64,000 nt of DNA from assembly GCF_910577345.1 (NCBI RefSeq), contig NZ_CAJTMT010000004.1, positions 75,314 through 139,313 on the forward strand, written 5' to 3'. This document shows positions 18,122 through 28,902 of this stretch, one piece after another. This DNA comes from an uncultured Duncaniella sp. (GTDB lineage: Bacteria > Bacteroidota > Bacteroidia > Bacteroidales > Muribaculaceae). The notes under the pieces are model-generated. The model did not search any database, had not been told where the DNA came from, and was given only the letters and a program-made list of their open reading frames with translations. The position numbers and the translations under genes were made by a program. Positions within the stretch are counted from its first letter, which is position 1. Each line of letters begins with the position of its first letter.

Positions 18122-20509
18122 ATGACTGAATCATCTTATCTCGATAAGCTAAACGAGCAGCAGCGCGCGGCAGTGGAATACTGCGACGGACCTCAGCTGG
18201 TGATAGCCGGCGCGGGGTCCGGCAAGACGCGCGTGCTCACATATAAGATTGTCCACCTTCTGCGCCTCGGCTATGAGCCTTGGCGCATTTTGGCTTTGAC
18301 GTTTACCAACAAGGCCGCGCGGGAGATGCGCGAGCGAATCGAGGAACTCGTCGGACGCGAGACTGCCTCGAAGCTCTGGATGGGCACGTTCCACTCCATT
18401 TTCGCCCGCATCCTGCGCACCAATGCCGACCGTCTCGGTTTCAAGAGCAATTTCACCATCTATGACTCGGCCGACAGCAAGTCGCTTGTCAAGACAATCA
18501 TCAGGGAGATGCAGCTTGACGAGAAAAGCTATAAGCCGTCGGCTGTACTCTCGGCTATCTCGGGTGCGAAAAACGCGCTTGTGTCGCCGGAGGACTATGC
18601 CATGAGCCGCGACATACTTGAGGCTGACCGCCGTGCGAAGCGTCCGGAACTCTATGCCATCTACAAGGCGTATTGCGACCGCAGCATTGCATCGAGCGCG
18701 ATGGATTTTGATGATTTGCTCTACTATACGAACGTGTTGATGCGCGACAACCCCGATGTGTTGCGTCACTATCAGGAATTTTTCCGCTATGTGTTGGTGG
18801 ACGAGTATCAGGACACCAATTTCGCGCAGCATGTGATAGTCACCCAGCTCACCCGCGACAGCGGCAAACTCTGTGTGGTCGGTGACGACGCGCAGAGCAT
18901 CTATTCGTTCCGTGGGGCGAATATCCGCAACATCCTCGACATGCGGGCGACCTATCCAACGCTGTCGACCTTCAAGCTCGAACGCAATTACCGCTCGACG
19001 CGCAACATCATCAATGCAGCCGGTTCGCTTATCGACAAGAACCGAGACCAGATACCGAAGCAGGTCTATTCGGAGAATGAAAACGGTGCGCCGATTGAGG
19101 TGGTCAAATGCTACAGCGATTTCGAGGAGGCTTATCAGGTGGCCTCGCGCATCTCGCAACTGAAAATGCGGTCGGGCGACAGCGCCGATGAGTTTGCCAT
19201 ACTTTACAGGACCAATGCGCAGAGCCGAGTGCTTGAGGAGGCGTTGAGAAAACGCAACGTCCCCTACAGAATCTACGGCGGACTGTCGTTCTATCAGCGC
19301 AAGGAGGTGAAGGATGCCATCGCCTATTTCCGCATGGCCCTCAATCCCGACGACGATGAGGCGCTGAAGCGAATCATCAATTTCCCGGCAAGAGGTATCG
19401 GCGACACGACACTCGGAAAACTCATAGCCCGTGCGATAGAGGACAATGTCAGTATCTGGACCGTCATCCAGGAGCCGGACAAGCATCCCGCAGGACTCAA
19501 TGCGGGTACGCTCCGCAAGCTTGACGCTTTCGCAGGGGTGATAGTCGAGTTCGTTGAGATGAACCGCAAGGGAGCGGATGCCGTGACGCTCGCCACGAAA
19601 ATCATTGGGCGGACAGGTCTGTTCACGATGCTGCTCCACGACAATACACCGGAAAGCATATCCAAGCAGGAGAACCTTCAGGAACTTCTCAACGGTGTGA
19701 AAGATTTTGTCAGCACAAGAATGGAGGAGGGCAATACGGAGACCGGGCTTGCCGATTTCATGGCTGAGGTGTCGCTTGCCACTGACCAGGACTCTGATTC
19801 CGACGGAGTGGAGGAGCGCGTGACACTCATGACAGTCCATGCCGCCAAGGGTCTTGAATTCAACAATGTCTTTGTTGTCGGTGTCGAGGAGGAGCTTTTT
19901 CCGTCGGCGATGTCGAAGGACTCTCCCGCGCAGATTGAGGAGGAACGCCGCCTGATGTATGTGGCGATCACCCGTGCGAGGAAATTCTGTATGCTCAGCT
20001 ATGCGGGTTCACGTTTCCGCAACGGTCAGACGGCTGCTTGCCGTCCGTCGCGTTTTCTCGGAGATATAAATCCGCAGTTCCTGCGTCTTGCCACAAATGA
20101 TGTGCTCGGCTCTTCAGCTCCGACCGTCAGACCGACTGTCAACTATTCCGCTTCGATGGCAGGAAGCGCGAGGAGCCTCAATTCAATCCGCTCAGGTGCT
20201 TCCGGACGCACTGCCGACTATCCGCGTCCATCCTCCGGCGGTTTTTCACCTTTGGGAAGCGTAGCGGCATCCCACCCGCAGGCATCCGTCCCTCAGAAAA
20301 GCCTGCCGTCATCGCAGGGTGGGGCATATACCCTCCACTCAAAGACAGAGCTTGAGGTCGGGATGCGGATTGAACATGCAAAGTTCGGAGCCGGAACAAT
20401 CTCCAACATCGACAGCTCCGGACCTGATGCGCGTATAACGGTGGATTTCGATACAACGGATTCGCGCACACTCATGCTGAAATTCGCCAAGTTTGCCATA
20501 CTCGGATAA
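18122..20509 (+). CDS. pcrA: UvrD/PcrA family ATP-dependent DNA helicase
   Basis: AGAGSGKT, LTFTNKAA, VDEYQD, VGDDAQSIYSFRG, NYRS, TVHAAKGLEF, and C-terminal Tudor-like H.KFG.G. Confidence 0.9.
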   Translation: MTESSYLDKLNEQQRAAVEYCDGPQLVIAGAGSGKTRVLTYKIVHLLRLGYEPWRILALTFTNKAAREMRERIEELVGRETASKLWMGTFHSIFARILRTNADRLGFKSNFTIYDSADSKSLVKTIIREMQLDEKSYKPSAVLSAISGAKNALVSPEDYAMSRDILEADRRAKRPELYAIYKAYCDRSIASSAMDFDDLLYYTNVLMRDNPDVLRHYQEFFRYVLVDEYQDTNFAQHVIVTQLTRDSGKLCVVGDDAQSIYSFRGANIRNILDMRATYPTLSTFKLERNYRSTRNIINAAGSLIDKNRDQIPKQVYSENENGAPIEVVKCYSDFEEAYQVASRISQLKMRSGDSADEFAILYRTNAQSRVLEEALRKRNVPYRIYGGLSFYQRKEVKDAIAYFRMALNPDDDEALKRIINFPARGIGDTTLGKLIARAIEDNVSIWTVIQEPDKHPAGLNAGTLRKLDAFAGVIVEFVEMNRKGADAVTLATKIIGRTGLFTMLLHDNTPESISKQENLQELLNGVKDFVSTRMEEGNTETGLADFMAEVSLATDQDSDSDGVEERVTLMTVHAAKGLEFNNVFVVGVEEELFPSAMSKDSPAQIEEERRLMYVAITRARKFCMLSYAGSRFRNGQTAACRPSRFLGDINPQFLRLATNDVLGSSAPTVRPTVNYSASMAGSARSLNSIRSGASGRTADYPRPSSGGFSPLGSVAASHPQASVPQKSLPSSQGGAYTLHSKTELEVGMRIEHAKFGAGTISNIDSSGPDARITVDFDTTDSRTLMLKFAKFAILG

Positions 20510-20550
20510 AATATAAGTCACTTACTTACCCCCCATTAATAAAAACTGAT

Positions 20551-21681
20551 ATGAAAGCCAACGAGCTCCCCACACCATATTATATAGTATATGAAGACCG
20601 TATGCGTCGCAACCTTGAACTGATAAGCCGCGTGGAGCGTGAAGCCGGGGTGAATATCATCATGGCGTTCAAGGCGAATGCCCTTTGGCGCAGTTTCCCG
20701 ATCGTGCGTGAGTATAACCGCGATTTCACGGCCAGTTCGCTCAATGAGCTGCGTCTCGGAAACGAGGAACTGGGTGGGGAGGCTCATGTCTATTGCCCTG
20801 TCTACACAGAGGGGACAATAGATGAATTCCTTTCGAGAGCAACACATCTCACGTTCAATTCTCTCAGCCAATGGGAGCGCTACGGTGCGCGCACGCTTGC
20901 AGCCGGAGTTTCGCCCGGACTGAGGGTGAACCCGCAGTGTTCGGTTATTGATACTGAAATCTACAATCCGGCATTGCCCGGTTCGCGTTTCGGCGTGACG
21001 GCAGAGCAGCTCTCCGACGGGTTGCCGGAAGGGATAGAGGGTTTGCATTTCCATGCCTTGTGCGAGAGTTCGAGCTACGATCTGGCCAAGGTGCTTGACG
21101 CCTTCGAGAGTCAGTTCGGACAGTATTTCAAGCAGATTAAATGGGTGAATTTCGGCGGAGGCCATCTGATGACACGCGAAGGTTACGACGTGGAGCATCT
21201 CATCGGTCTGCTGAAGGATTTCCGTTCGCGCTATCCGTGGCTGAATGTAGTCATGGAACCCGGCAGCGCGTGGATGTGGCGCACGGGTGACCTTATCACC
21301 GAAGTGCTCGACGTGGTGGACAATCAGGGAATCAAGACTGCCATCATCGACGCAAGTTTCGCCTGCCACATGCCCGATTGTCTGGAGATGCCCTATAAAC
21401 CTGCCATCAGCGAGAGTGTCGAGGAGGCGGAGGGGCTTCCGCGTTACCGCCTCGGTGGAAATTCATGTCTGAGCGGCGACTATGTAGGCGACTGGTGTTT
21501 TGCCGAGCCGCTGAAGGCCGGTGACCGTCTGACGCTTGAGGACATGAATCACTACACTACGGTCAAGACCACCATGTTCAACGGCATACAGCATCCTGCA
21601 ATGGTGCTTTGCGACAGCAAGGGTGAATGCAGCTATCTGCGCCGTTTCGACTATGAGGATTACAAGAACCGCATGTCCTGA
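20551..21681 (+). CDS. nspC: Carboxynorspermidine decarboxylase
   Basis: MAFKA, GLRVNP, GLHFHALCE, GGGHLMT, HMPDCLEMPY, GNSCLSGD, VKTTMFNG. Confidence 0.92.
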   Translation: MKANELPTPYYIVYEDRMRRNLELISRVEREAGVNIIMAFKANALWRSFPIVREYNRDFTASSLNELRLGNEELGGEAHVYCPVYTEGTIDEFLSRATHLTFNSLSQWERYGARTLAAGVSPGLRVNPQCSVIDTEIYNPALPGSRFGVTAEQLSDGLPEGIEGLHFHALCESSSYDLAKVLDAFESQFGQYFKQIKWVNFGGGHLMTREGYDVEHLIGLLKDFRSRYPWLNVVMEPGSAWMWRTGDLITEVLDVVDNQGIKTAIIDASFACHMPDCLEMPYKPAISESVEEAEGLPRYRLGGNSCLSGDYVGDWCFAEPLKAGDRLTLEDMNHYTTVKTTMFNGIQHPAMVLCDSKGECSYLRRFDYEDYKNRMS

Positions 21682-21720
21682 TACCGCATTTTCTGAAGGA
21701 ACTCACGATAAACAACAGCC

Positions 21721-22737
21721 ATGGAAAAACAGTCAACCAACTCTCCGCGCTTTTCGGTAATCGTACCGGTCTATAACCGCATTGACGAGGTGCGTGACCT
21801 CCTCGACAGCCTCTCACGACAGACACTCAAGAATTTTGAGGTCGTTATTGTCGAGGATGGGTCGACGGCTCCTTGCGAAGCCGCTGTGAAGGAGACACAG
21901 GGTGTCGACGTCAAGTATTTCTATAAGGAGAACGAGGGACGTTCCATAGCCCGTAACCACGGAATGGAGCGTGCCGAGGGTGACTACTTCATATTCTTTG
22001 ACAGTGACTGTGTCATTCCTCCGGAATATTTTGAAACTCTGACACGCGAACTCGACGCGCATCCGACAGATTGTTTCGGAGGCCCTGACTCTGCGCATGA
22101 ATCGTTCACGACCACGCAGAAGGCTATCAATTTTGCGATGACATCGTTCCTTACGACAGGTGGAATACGTGGCGGAAAGGTCAGTCTTGAAAAGTTTGTC
22201 CCGCGCACGTTCAATATGGGATTTTCGCGCAAGGTCTATGAAAAGGTCGGCGGCTTCCGTGAAATGTTTTCGGAGGACATTGATATGTCTACCCGCATCC
22301 GAGAGGCCGGTTTCAACGTTGCACTCATCCGTTCGGCTTACGTCTACCATAAGCGCAGGGTGGATTTCAAGAAATTTTTGCGTCAGGTCTATGTGTTCGG
22401 CATGTCGAGAATCACGCTGAAACTTCTCTATCCCGGTTCGCTTAAGGCTGTCCATGCTTTGCCTGCCGTGGCGGTCATCATCGGCGTGGTTCTGCTTGCG
22501 CTTTCAATATTCGTGTCGCCGTGGTTCCTGCTTCCTCTCGGACTTTATCTTTTGGCTATATTCGTTACTGCGCTAATCTCAACCCGCTCCGTGGTGATAG
22601 CTGCAAAGGCGGTTCCGGCAAGCGTTATACAGATTTGTGGGTACGGTTGCGGGTTCATCAAGGCTTTCGTGATTAAGATTCTTCTCGGTAAGGGCAGGAA
22701 TGTCGAAGAGGAGATTTTGATGAGAAAGGGCCGTTAG
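21721..22737 (+). CDS. Glycosyltransferase family 2 with C-terminal TM segments
   Basis: SVIVPVYNR, VEDGS, FFDSDC, SEDID. Confidence 0.88.
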   Translation: MEKQSTNSPRFSVIVPVYNRIDEVRDLLDSLSRQTLKNFEVVIVEDGSTAPCEAAVKETQGVDVKYFYKENEGRSIARNHGMERAEGDYFIFFDSDCVIPPEYFETLTRELDAHPTDCFGGPDSAHESFTTTQKAINFAMTSFLTTGGIRGGKVSLEKFVPRTFNMGFSRKVYEKVGGFREMFSEDIDMSTRIREAGFNVALIRSAYVYHKRRVDFKKFLRQVYVFGMSRITLKLLYPGSLKAVHALPAVAVIIGVVLLALSIFVSPWFLLPLGLYLLAIFVTALISTRSVVIAAKAVPASVIQICGYGCGFIKAFVIKILLGKGRNVEEEILMRKGR

Positions 22738-22748
22738 TATTTTTTTTA

Positions 22749-22780
22749 TAGTATAGAGATTAAAGTATAGAGTATAGATA
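22749..22780. repeat. Copy of the AGTATAGAG-family unit
   Basis: 32 bp identical to 14026-14057. Confidence 0.92.
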
Positions 22781-22815
22781 ATACTTGGGTTTGGTGGGCT
22801 TGCTGTTTATCATAT

Positions 22816-22924
22816 TCTCCATTCAAGCCTTATCTCCATTCAAGCTCTATCTTCAATCAAACTCTGTCTCTACTCAAATTCCTTCTCTATTCCTTCTCTA
22901 TTCTTTCTCTATTCTTTCTCTATT
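22816..22924. repeat. Pyrimidine-rich tandem repeats
   Basis: TCTCCATTCAAGC x2 (period 17) and CYTTCTCTATT x4 (period 11, 22881-22924). Confidence 0.85.
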
Positions 22925-23029
22925 CAAACTCTAATCATGACTACTTTTATTCTCATTATTCACCATTCGCCATTCTCCTTATTCTTCGATTGAAATTTCT
23001 TTAGTCTAATATCTTTTTTAATTAACAAT

Positions 23030-23740
23030 ATGGAAACTCTCTCTCCTTTTGTCGCGAGGCGTATTCATGACCTTGGCGATGATGAGAAGCCTCGCGAGAA
23101 GGCATTGAGCCAGGGCATACGCGCATTGAGTGATGCGGAGCTTGTCGGTCTGATTTTTGGCGGCGGTATTCCGGGAATGTCAGTCGTGGATCTTGCACGC
23201 TCAATCCTGCGCGATTGCGATGATAGGGTTGATAATCTTGCCAGATTGACGATGGATGAGCTGATGTCGAAATACAAAGGTGTCGGTCCGGCCAAGGCCG
23301 TATGTCTTGCGGCCGCTTTTGAGCTTGGACGTCGCAACCGTGAGCAGATGGCTGAGAACCGCAATGTCACCATCCGATCGAGCAACGATGTGGTCACTCT
23401 GATGTCGCCTTCGATGGAGGGACTGGACTATGAGGAGTTCTGGGTGCTGATGCTTTCGAGAAACAATAAGGTTAAGTATCGCCGTTGCATTTCGCAAGGT
23501 GGAACTGCCGGGACCGTCGTGGACGTGAAGTTGCTGTTGAAACGTGCGGTCGACTGTCTGGCCTCGGGTATCATACTCGTGCATAACCATCCGTCGGGCA
23601 ATCCCAATCCAAGTGTGGAGGATGACCGGTTGACGCGTAAGATTAAGGAGGGTGCAGCCTATCTTGACATCCGTGTGCTCGACCATGTGATAATTGCCCA
23701 CAGACAGTCGTATTCATATATGGATGAAGGAAGGTTGTGA
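23030..23740 (+). CDS. radC: RadC family JAB-domain protein
   Basis: KPREK...LSDAEL, GVGPAKA, HNHPSG..PS..D, VLDHVII. Confidence 0.92.
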   Translation: METLSPFVARRIHDLGDDEKPREKALSQGIRALSDAELVGLIFGGGIPGMSVVDLARSILRDCDDRVDNLARLTMDELMSKYKGVGPAKAVCLAAAFELGRRNREQMAENRNVTIRSSNDVVTLMSPSMEGLDYEEFWVLMLSRNNKVKYRRCISQGGTAGTVVDVKLLLKRAVDCLASGIILVHNHPSGNPNPSVEDDRLTRKIKEGAAYLDIRVLDHVIIAHRQSYSYMDEGRL

Positions 23741-23808
23741 ACAGCAGGCGAGATTGTCTGTTGTAACAATTGAATATAATTTTTATTTAACGTCAATACT
23801 TTTTATTT

Positions 23809-24738
23809 ATGAAGAAAATCGTGGATTCCATTCTGGAAACCATCGGCAATACGCCTTTGGTGAAGTTGAACTCTTACGACAGGTCGGAAGGAACTGTCGC
23901 TGATATTTACGCCAAGGTTGAGGCATTCAATCCTGGAGGTTCTGTTAAGGACCGAGTGGCTATGAACATGATTGCCACAGCCGAGAAGGATGGCAAGCTT
24001 GCACCGGGCGCAACAATAATCGAGCCGACGAGCGGTAACACCGGTGTCGGGCTTGCACTGGTCGGTGCTGCAAAGGGCTACAAGGTCATACTGACCATGC
24101 CTGAGACCATGAGTGTGGAGCGCAGGAAGCTCTTGGCTGCACTTGGTGCTGAGATAGTCCTTACTCCCGGTTCGGAGGGCATGAAGGGAGCGATAGCAAA
24201 GGCTGAGGAATTGCATAAGACGACTCCGGGTTCCGTGATTCTCGGGCAGTTCTCAAATCCTGCCAATCCTGCGGTCCACCGCGCGACGACCGGTCCGGAG
24301 ATATGGGATGCGCTTGATGGAAAGGTCGACATCTTTGTTGCCGGAGTGGGGACAGGTGGGACTGTGAGTGGGGTAGGGGAGTATCTCAAATCCAAGAACC
24401 CTGCGGTGGAGATTGTGGCTGTGGAGCCTAAGGACTCAGCTGTCATCAGCGGAGGAAAGCCCGGCCCTCACAAGCTCCAAGGTATCGGAGCCGGATTTAT
24501 TCCCGAGACACTTGACAGGAATGTGATTGACAAGGTTGTCACAGTCGAGAGTGAGGAAGCGTATTCGGCAACCAGGCGGTTGGCGCATACTGAAGGAATA
24601 TTGGTCGGTATCTCATCCGGTGCTGCGCTTCATGCAGCGACCGTTTTGGCGAAAGAGCCGGAGAATGCGGGAAAGAATATAGTGGTGCTGCTGCCGGATA
24701 CGGGAGAGCGCTATCTCTCGACAGAATTGTTTGGATGA
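23809..24738 (+). CDS. cysK: Cysteine synthase A
   Basis: [42 protein letters not shown]. Confidence 0.93.
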   Translation: MKKIVDSILETIGNTPLVKLNSYDRSEGTVADIYAKVEAFNPGGSVKDRVAMNMIATAEKDGKLAPGATIIEPTSGNTGVGLALVGAAKGYKVILTMPETMSVERRKLLAALGAEIVLTPGSEGMKGAIAKAEELHKTTPGSVILGQFSNPANPAVHRATTGPEIWDALDGKVDIFVAGVGTGGTVSGVGEYLKSKNPAVEIVAVEPKDSAVISGGKPGPHKLQGIGAGFIPETLDRNVIDKVVTVESEEAYSATRRLAHTEGILVGISSGAALHAATVLAKEPENAGKNIVVLLPDTGERYLSTELFG

Positions 24739-24745
24739 TAAAATT

Positions 24746-24792
24746 TTTCACCCCGGATGTCATGATGGGCTTCCGGGGTGAAATTTTTTTTT
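24746..24792 (+). terminator. Intrinsic terminator after cysK (possibly bidirectional)
   Basis: TTTCACCCCGGA...TCCGGGGTGAAA followed by T9. Confidence 0.75.
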
Positions 24793-24842
24793 GGGGATAA
24801 TAAGTCTAATAGGCCTAATAGGGCTAATAAGGCAAATAGTCT
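24793..24842. repeat. 5 x 9-bp AATARG array (single arm)
   Basis: ggggat aataagtct aataggcct aatagggct aataaggca aatagtct. Confidence 0.9.
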
Positions 24843-24846
24843 TTGG

Positions 24847-25884
24847 TCAGAGGGTGACTTCGCCGCAGATGTCGGTGTTGAGGCGGGTGGCGACTGCGGA
24901 GGGGGTGAGGCCAAGGCCGAAGAGATACATCAGTTTTGTGATGGCTGCTTCGGAGGTCATGTCGTGGCCGGAGATTACGCCGGCGTTGGCGAGTTTGTCA
25001 CCTGCGACGTAGCGGCGATGGTGGACACCGCCGTTGACACATTGGGTGACATTTACAATCACTATGCCGCGCTGGACCGCCTGGGCGATTTCCTCGATGA
25101 ACCAACGAGAGGTGGGCGCGTTGCCGGCTCCGTAGGAACGGAGGACTATACCTTTGATTCCGGGGGTGTGGAGAAGATGATGGAGGGTCTGCTGAGTCAT
25201 GCCGGGATGGAGGTCGAGAAACATGACACCGTGCTCCATATTGGTGTTTAGCTGCAATGGTTTCCGCTCGGTCGGTCGCCAGAGGGCTTCTTCGGAGTAA
25301 TGGATGCCGAGACCGATTTTTGCGAGCTGCGGATAGTTATTGCTCTTGAACGCATTGAAGTTGTCGGCGCTCATTTTGGTGGAGCGGTTGCCTCTCCAGA
25401 GGTAGTTCTCGAAAAGTATGGCCACTTCCTGAACCATAGGGGAACCGTTGAATGTGGTTGCGGCTGCAATCTGGAGGGCGGTAATCAGGTTTTCCTCACC
25501 ATCGGTGCGGACTTCGCCAATCGGGAGCTGCGAACCGGTGATGATGACGGGCTTACGGAGATTGCCGAGCATGAATGACAGGGCAGAGGCGGTGTAGGCC
25601 ATTGTGTCGGTGCCGTGAAGCACGACAAAGCCGTCGTAGAGGTCATAGTTCTCGGCTATGGCTTTTGCGATGTCGGCCCAACCGACCGGATCCATGTCGC
25701 TGGAGTCGATGGGGGTGAACTGAATGTTGTCGATTTCGTAGTCGAGTTTCTTTATTTTCGGGACATTGTCGATGAGGTGACTGAAATCGAATGGCTGGAG
25801 GGCATGTGTCTCGGGATTTTCTATCATCCCGATTGTTCCGCCCGTGTAGATGATCAGCAGACGAGGCTTATGTGTTTGTGTCAT
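24847..25884 (-). CDS. ansA: L-asparaginase type I
   Basis: YTGGTIGM, HGTDTMAY, TGSQLP; no signal peptide. Confidence 0.92.
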   Translation of the reverse strand: MTQTHKPRLLIIYTGGTIGMIENPETHALQPFDFSHLIDNVPKIKKLDYEIDNIQFTPIDSSDMDPVGWADIAKAIAENYDLYDGFVVLHGTDTMAYTASALSFMLGNLRKPVIITGSQLPIGEVRTDGEENLITALQIAAATTFNGSPMVQEVAILFENYLWRGNRSTKMSADNFNAFKSNNYPQLAKIGLGIHYSEEALWRPTERKPLQLNTNMEHGVMFLDLHPGMTQQTLHHLLHTPGIKGIVLRSYGAGNAPTSRWFIEEIAQAVQRGIVIVNVTQCVNGGVHHRRYVAGDKLANAGVISGHDMTSEAAITKLMYLFGLGLTPSAVATRLNTDICGEVTL

Positions 25885-25940
25885 GGGATGGGTGTGTTGT
25901 GGTAAGGTTAACGTGAGAAAAGTGTAGTCTGAAAAAGGGT

Positions 25941-25988
25941 GAAAGCAGGGACATTCCGAAAGAACATGGCTTTCAAGAGTGTCCCTGC
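25941..25988 (-). terminator. Hairpin after metG
   Basis: GCAGGGACA...TGTCCCTGC stem. Confidence 0.55.
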
Positions 25989-26033
25989 CATATAAGGTCG
26001 GGAAGGTACGGTTCGATAATATCAGTGGCTGTC

Positions 26034-28076
26034 TCAGCCAATCTTTGCGCCGGGAGCGACCTGAGCGGAAGGACTGAGGAGGACGATTGATCCGTCGGAA
26101 TTCTCAGCGGAAAGAATCATGCCTTCCGACACGATGCCTTTGAGTTTGCGCGGTGCGAGGTTGGCGATGAAGCAGACTTGCTTGCCGACGAGGTCTTCCG
26201 GTTTGTAATACTTGGCGATACCGGAGACGATGGTGCGTTTCTCAAGACCGTCGTCGATGAGGAAGCGGAGCAGCTTGTCGGCCTTGGGAACCTTCTCGCA
26301 TTCAAGGACTGTGCCGACACGGAGATCGCAGGCTGCGAATGTGTCGAATTCCACAGTCTCGGCCTGAGGCTGAGCTTTCCAAGCTGCGATTTCGTTGGCT
26401 TTCTTGGTGTCGAGGAGCTTCTGGACCTGAGCCTGGACCTGAGCGTCCTCGATTTTCTCGAAGAGGAGCTCGGCGGGTGCGAGTTCGATGCCGGGAGCGA
26501 CGAGGTCGGTCTGGCCGAGCATAGTCCAGTCGAGTTTCTCCATACCGAGCATTTTTGCGAGTCGGGCGGCTGAGAAGGGGATGAAAGGCTCGAAAGCGAC
26601 AGCAAGGTTGGCGCAGAGCTGGAGGGCGACGTTGAGGATGGTGCCTGTGCGGGCGAGATCTGTCTTGGCGAGTTTCCACGGCTCGGTTTCCTGGAGATAG
26701 CGGTTGCCGAGGCGGGCTATTTCCATGGCCTGTTTGAGGGCTTCGCGGAAATGGAAGGTGTCGAGTGCGTCGGAAAGGGCTGCCTTGATGCGTGTGAGTT
26801 CAGCAAAGACCTCGCGGTCGGCCTCGGAGAGTTCGCCCTGTGCGGGAACGACTCCGCCAAAGTATTTATGTGTGAGGACTACGGCGCGGTTGACGAAGTT
26901 GCCGAGGATGGCGACAAGCTCGTTGTTGTTGCGTGCCTGGAAGTCGGCCCAAGTGAAATCGTTGTCCTTGGTTTCGGGAGCATTTGCAGTGAGCACGTAG
27001 CGGAGCACATCCTGCTTGCCGGGGAAATCCTGAAGATATTCGTGGAGCCATACAGCCCAGTTGCGCGAGGTGGAAATCTTGTCGCCTTCGAGGTTGAGGA
27101 ATTCGTTGGCGGGAACGTTGTCGGGGAGCTGGAAGTTATCTCCGTAGGCCATGAGCATCGAGGGGAAGACGATGCAGTGGAAGACGATGTTGTCTTTGCC
27201 GATGAAGTTGATGATACGGCTTTCGGGGTCCTTCCAGTATTTTTCCCAAGTGTCGGGGAGAAGTTCCTTTGTGTTGGAGATATAGCCGATGGGAGCATCA
27301 AACCAGACATAGAGGACTTTGCCTTCAGCGCCTTCCACGGGTACGGGAACACCCCATTTGAGGTCGCGGCTGACGGCGCGAGGCTGCAAACCGGCATCAA
27401 GCCATGATTTGCACTGGCCGTAGACGTTGGTCTTCCATTCCTTGTGACCTTCGAGGATCCATTCGCGGAGTTTCGGTTCCCACTTGTCGAGGGGGAGATA
27501 CCAATGGGTTGTCTCGCGCATCTTGACGGGTTCGCCGGTGAGGGCCGAGCGGGGATTGATGAGGTCGGTCACATTGAGCGACGAACCGCAGGCCTCACAC
27601 TGGTCGCCGTAGGCATTTTCATTGTGGCAGCGGGGGCATGTGCCGACAACATAACGGTCGGCAAGGAATTCGCCGGATTTTTCATCGTAAGGCTGGAGAG
27701 CTGTCTGGACCGTGAACTCGCCTTTATCATAGAGGTGACGGAAGAATTCAGAGGCAGTCTCGTGGTGAAGTTTGGATGTGGTGCGTGAATATATGTCGAA
27801 GCTCACTCCAAGTTCTTCAAGCGAGTCCTTGATGATTGTGTGGTAGCGGTCCACCACTTCCTGAGGTGTGATGCCTTCCTTGCGGGCGCGGAGAGTGATG
27901 GGCACACCATGTTCGTCACTGCCGCCGACCATGACAACGTCTTCGCCACGGAGGCGGAGATAGCGTGCATAGATGTCGGCCGGGACATATACTCCGGCGA
28001 GGTGTCCGATGTGGACAGGCCCGTTTGCGTAGGGGAGGGCAGTTGTGATAAGGGTTCGCTTGAATTTCTTTTCCAT
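26034..28076 (-). CDS. metG: Methionine--tRNA ligase with C-terminal tRNA-binding domain
   Basis: Start set at MEKKFKR. ALPYANG..HIGH, zinc knuckle, KISTS, C-terminal EMAP/Trbp111-like domain. Confidence 0.95.
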   Translation of the reverse strand: MEKKFKRTLITTALPYANGPVHIGHLAGVYVPADIYARYLRLRGEDVVMVGGSDEHGVPITLRARKEGITPQEVVDRYHTIIKDSLEELGVSFDIYSRTTSKLHHETASEFFRHLYDKGEFTVQTALQPYDEKSGEFLADRYVVGTCPRCHNENAYGDQCEACGSSLNVTDLINPRSALTGEPVKMRETTHWYLPLDKWEPKLREWILEGHKEWKTNVYGQCKSWLDAGLQPRAVSRDLKWGVPVPVEGAEGKVLYVWFDAPIGYISNTKELLPDTWEKYWKDPESRIINFIGKDNIVFHCIVFPSMLMAYGDNFQLPDNVPANEFLNLEGDKISTSRNWAVWLHEYLQDFPGKQDVLRYVLTANAPETKDNDFTWADFQARNNNELVAILGNFVNRAVVLTHKYFGGVVPAQGELSEADREVFAELTRIKAALSDALDTFHFREALKQAMEIARLGNRYLQETEPWKLAKTDLARTGTILNVALQLCANLAVAFEPFIPFSAARLAKMLGMEKLDWTMLGQTDLVAPGIELAPAELLFEKIEDAQVQAQVQKLLDTKKANEIAAWKAQPQAETVEFDTFAACDLRVGTVLECEKVPKADKLLRFLIDDGLEKRTIVSGIAKYYKPEDLVGKQVCFIANLAPRKLKGIVSEGMILSAENSDGSIVLLSPSAQVAPGAKIG

Positions 28077-28164
28077 ATATAATTTAGAGATATGAATGTA
28101 ATTTTCATGGACATGGAGAGGAGCGACCACTGACAACCGCCGGCTCCATGACTGTTTTAAAGTG

Positions 28165-28172
28165 CAAAATTA
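28165..28172 (-). promoter_or_regulatory. metG -7 element
   Basis: Minus strand TAATTTTG. Confidence 0.55.
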
Positions 28173-28349
28173 GCGCATCTCAGGGAAAAAACATAAATAA
28201 GGAGTGAAAATTCTTTGGCCGACGGTTGAAAAAGCGCTGATTTGGTGAAAAAAGGCCCGTTCCGCGAGGGGTCGGGAAGTGTCCCGGCGGGTAATTGAGT
28301 GAAAAGTGAAAATAGTTGAAAAAGGTTTAACAAGAAAAATGCGGAAATG

Positions 28350-28381
28350 TTTGGCAGTTAGGAAAATAAGTTGTAATTTTG
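28350..28381 (+). promoter_or_regulatory. Ribosomal superoperon promoter
   Basis: TTTG-N20-TAATTTTG. Confidence 0.75.
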
Positions 28382-28518
28382 CAACGCTTTTAGGAGCAAT
28401 CTGTCGTCACGTCATCGTTAACTCTTTGAGAGTCAGTGGTGTGGGTGGCGATTGGATATGTGTGAAAAAGATAAGAACAACTTCTAATCATTATTCAATA
28501 AACCAATAATAAACTAAG

Positions 28519-28902
28519 ATGCCTACTATTCAGCAATTAGTAAGAAAAGGACGCGTGGCTCTTGAAGATAAGAGCAAATCACCCGCACTCGATTCATGCC
28601 CGCAGCGTCGTGGCGTGTGTGTGCGTGTGTACACCACCACCCCCAAAAAGCCTAACTCGGCTATGCGTAAGGTGGCTCGTGTGCGCCTTACCAACGGCAA
28701 GGAAGTCAACAGCTACATCCCCGGAGAAGGCCACAATCTTCAGGAACACTCAATCGTACTCGTTCGCGGCGGTCGTGTTAAGGACCTCCCCGGTGTACGT
28801 TACCACATCGTTCGCGGTACACTCGATACCAGCGGCGTGAAGGACCGTACACAGCGTCGCAGCAAGTATGGTGCAAAGCGCCCCAAAGCGGCTAAGAAGT
28901 AA
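28519..28902 (+). CDS. rpsL: 30S ribosomal protein S12
   Basis: [27 protein letters not shown]. Confidence 0.98.
   Translation: MPTIQQLVRKGRVALEDKSKSPALDSCPQRRGVCVRVYTTTPKKPNSAMRKVARVRLTNGKEVNSYIPGEGHNLQEHSIVLVRGGRVKDLPGVRYHIVRGTLDTSGVKDRTQRRSKYGAKRPKAAKK

Noticed and set aside
23030..23740. radC as a marker of a mobile element
   Set aside because: Full-length chromosomal type among housekeeping genes, with no mobility genes nearby.
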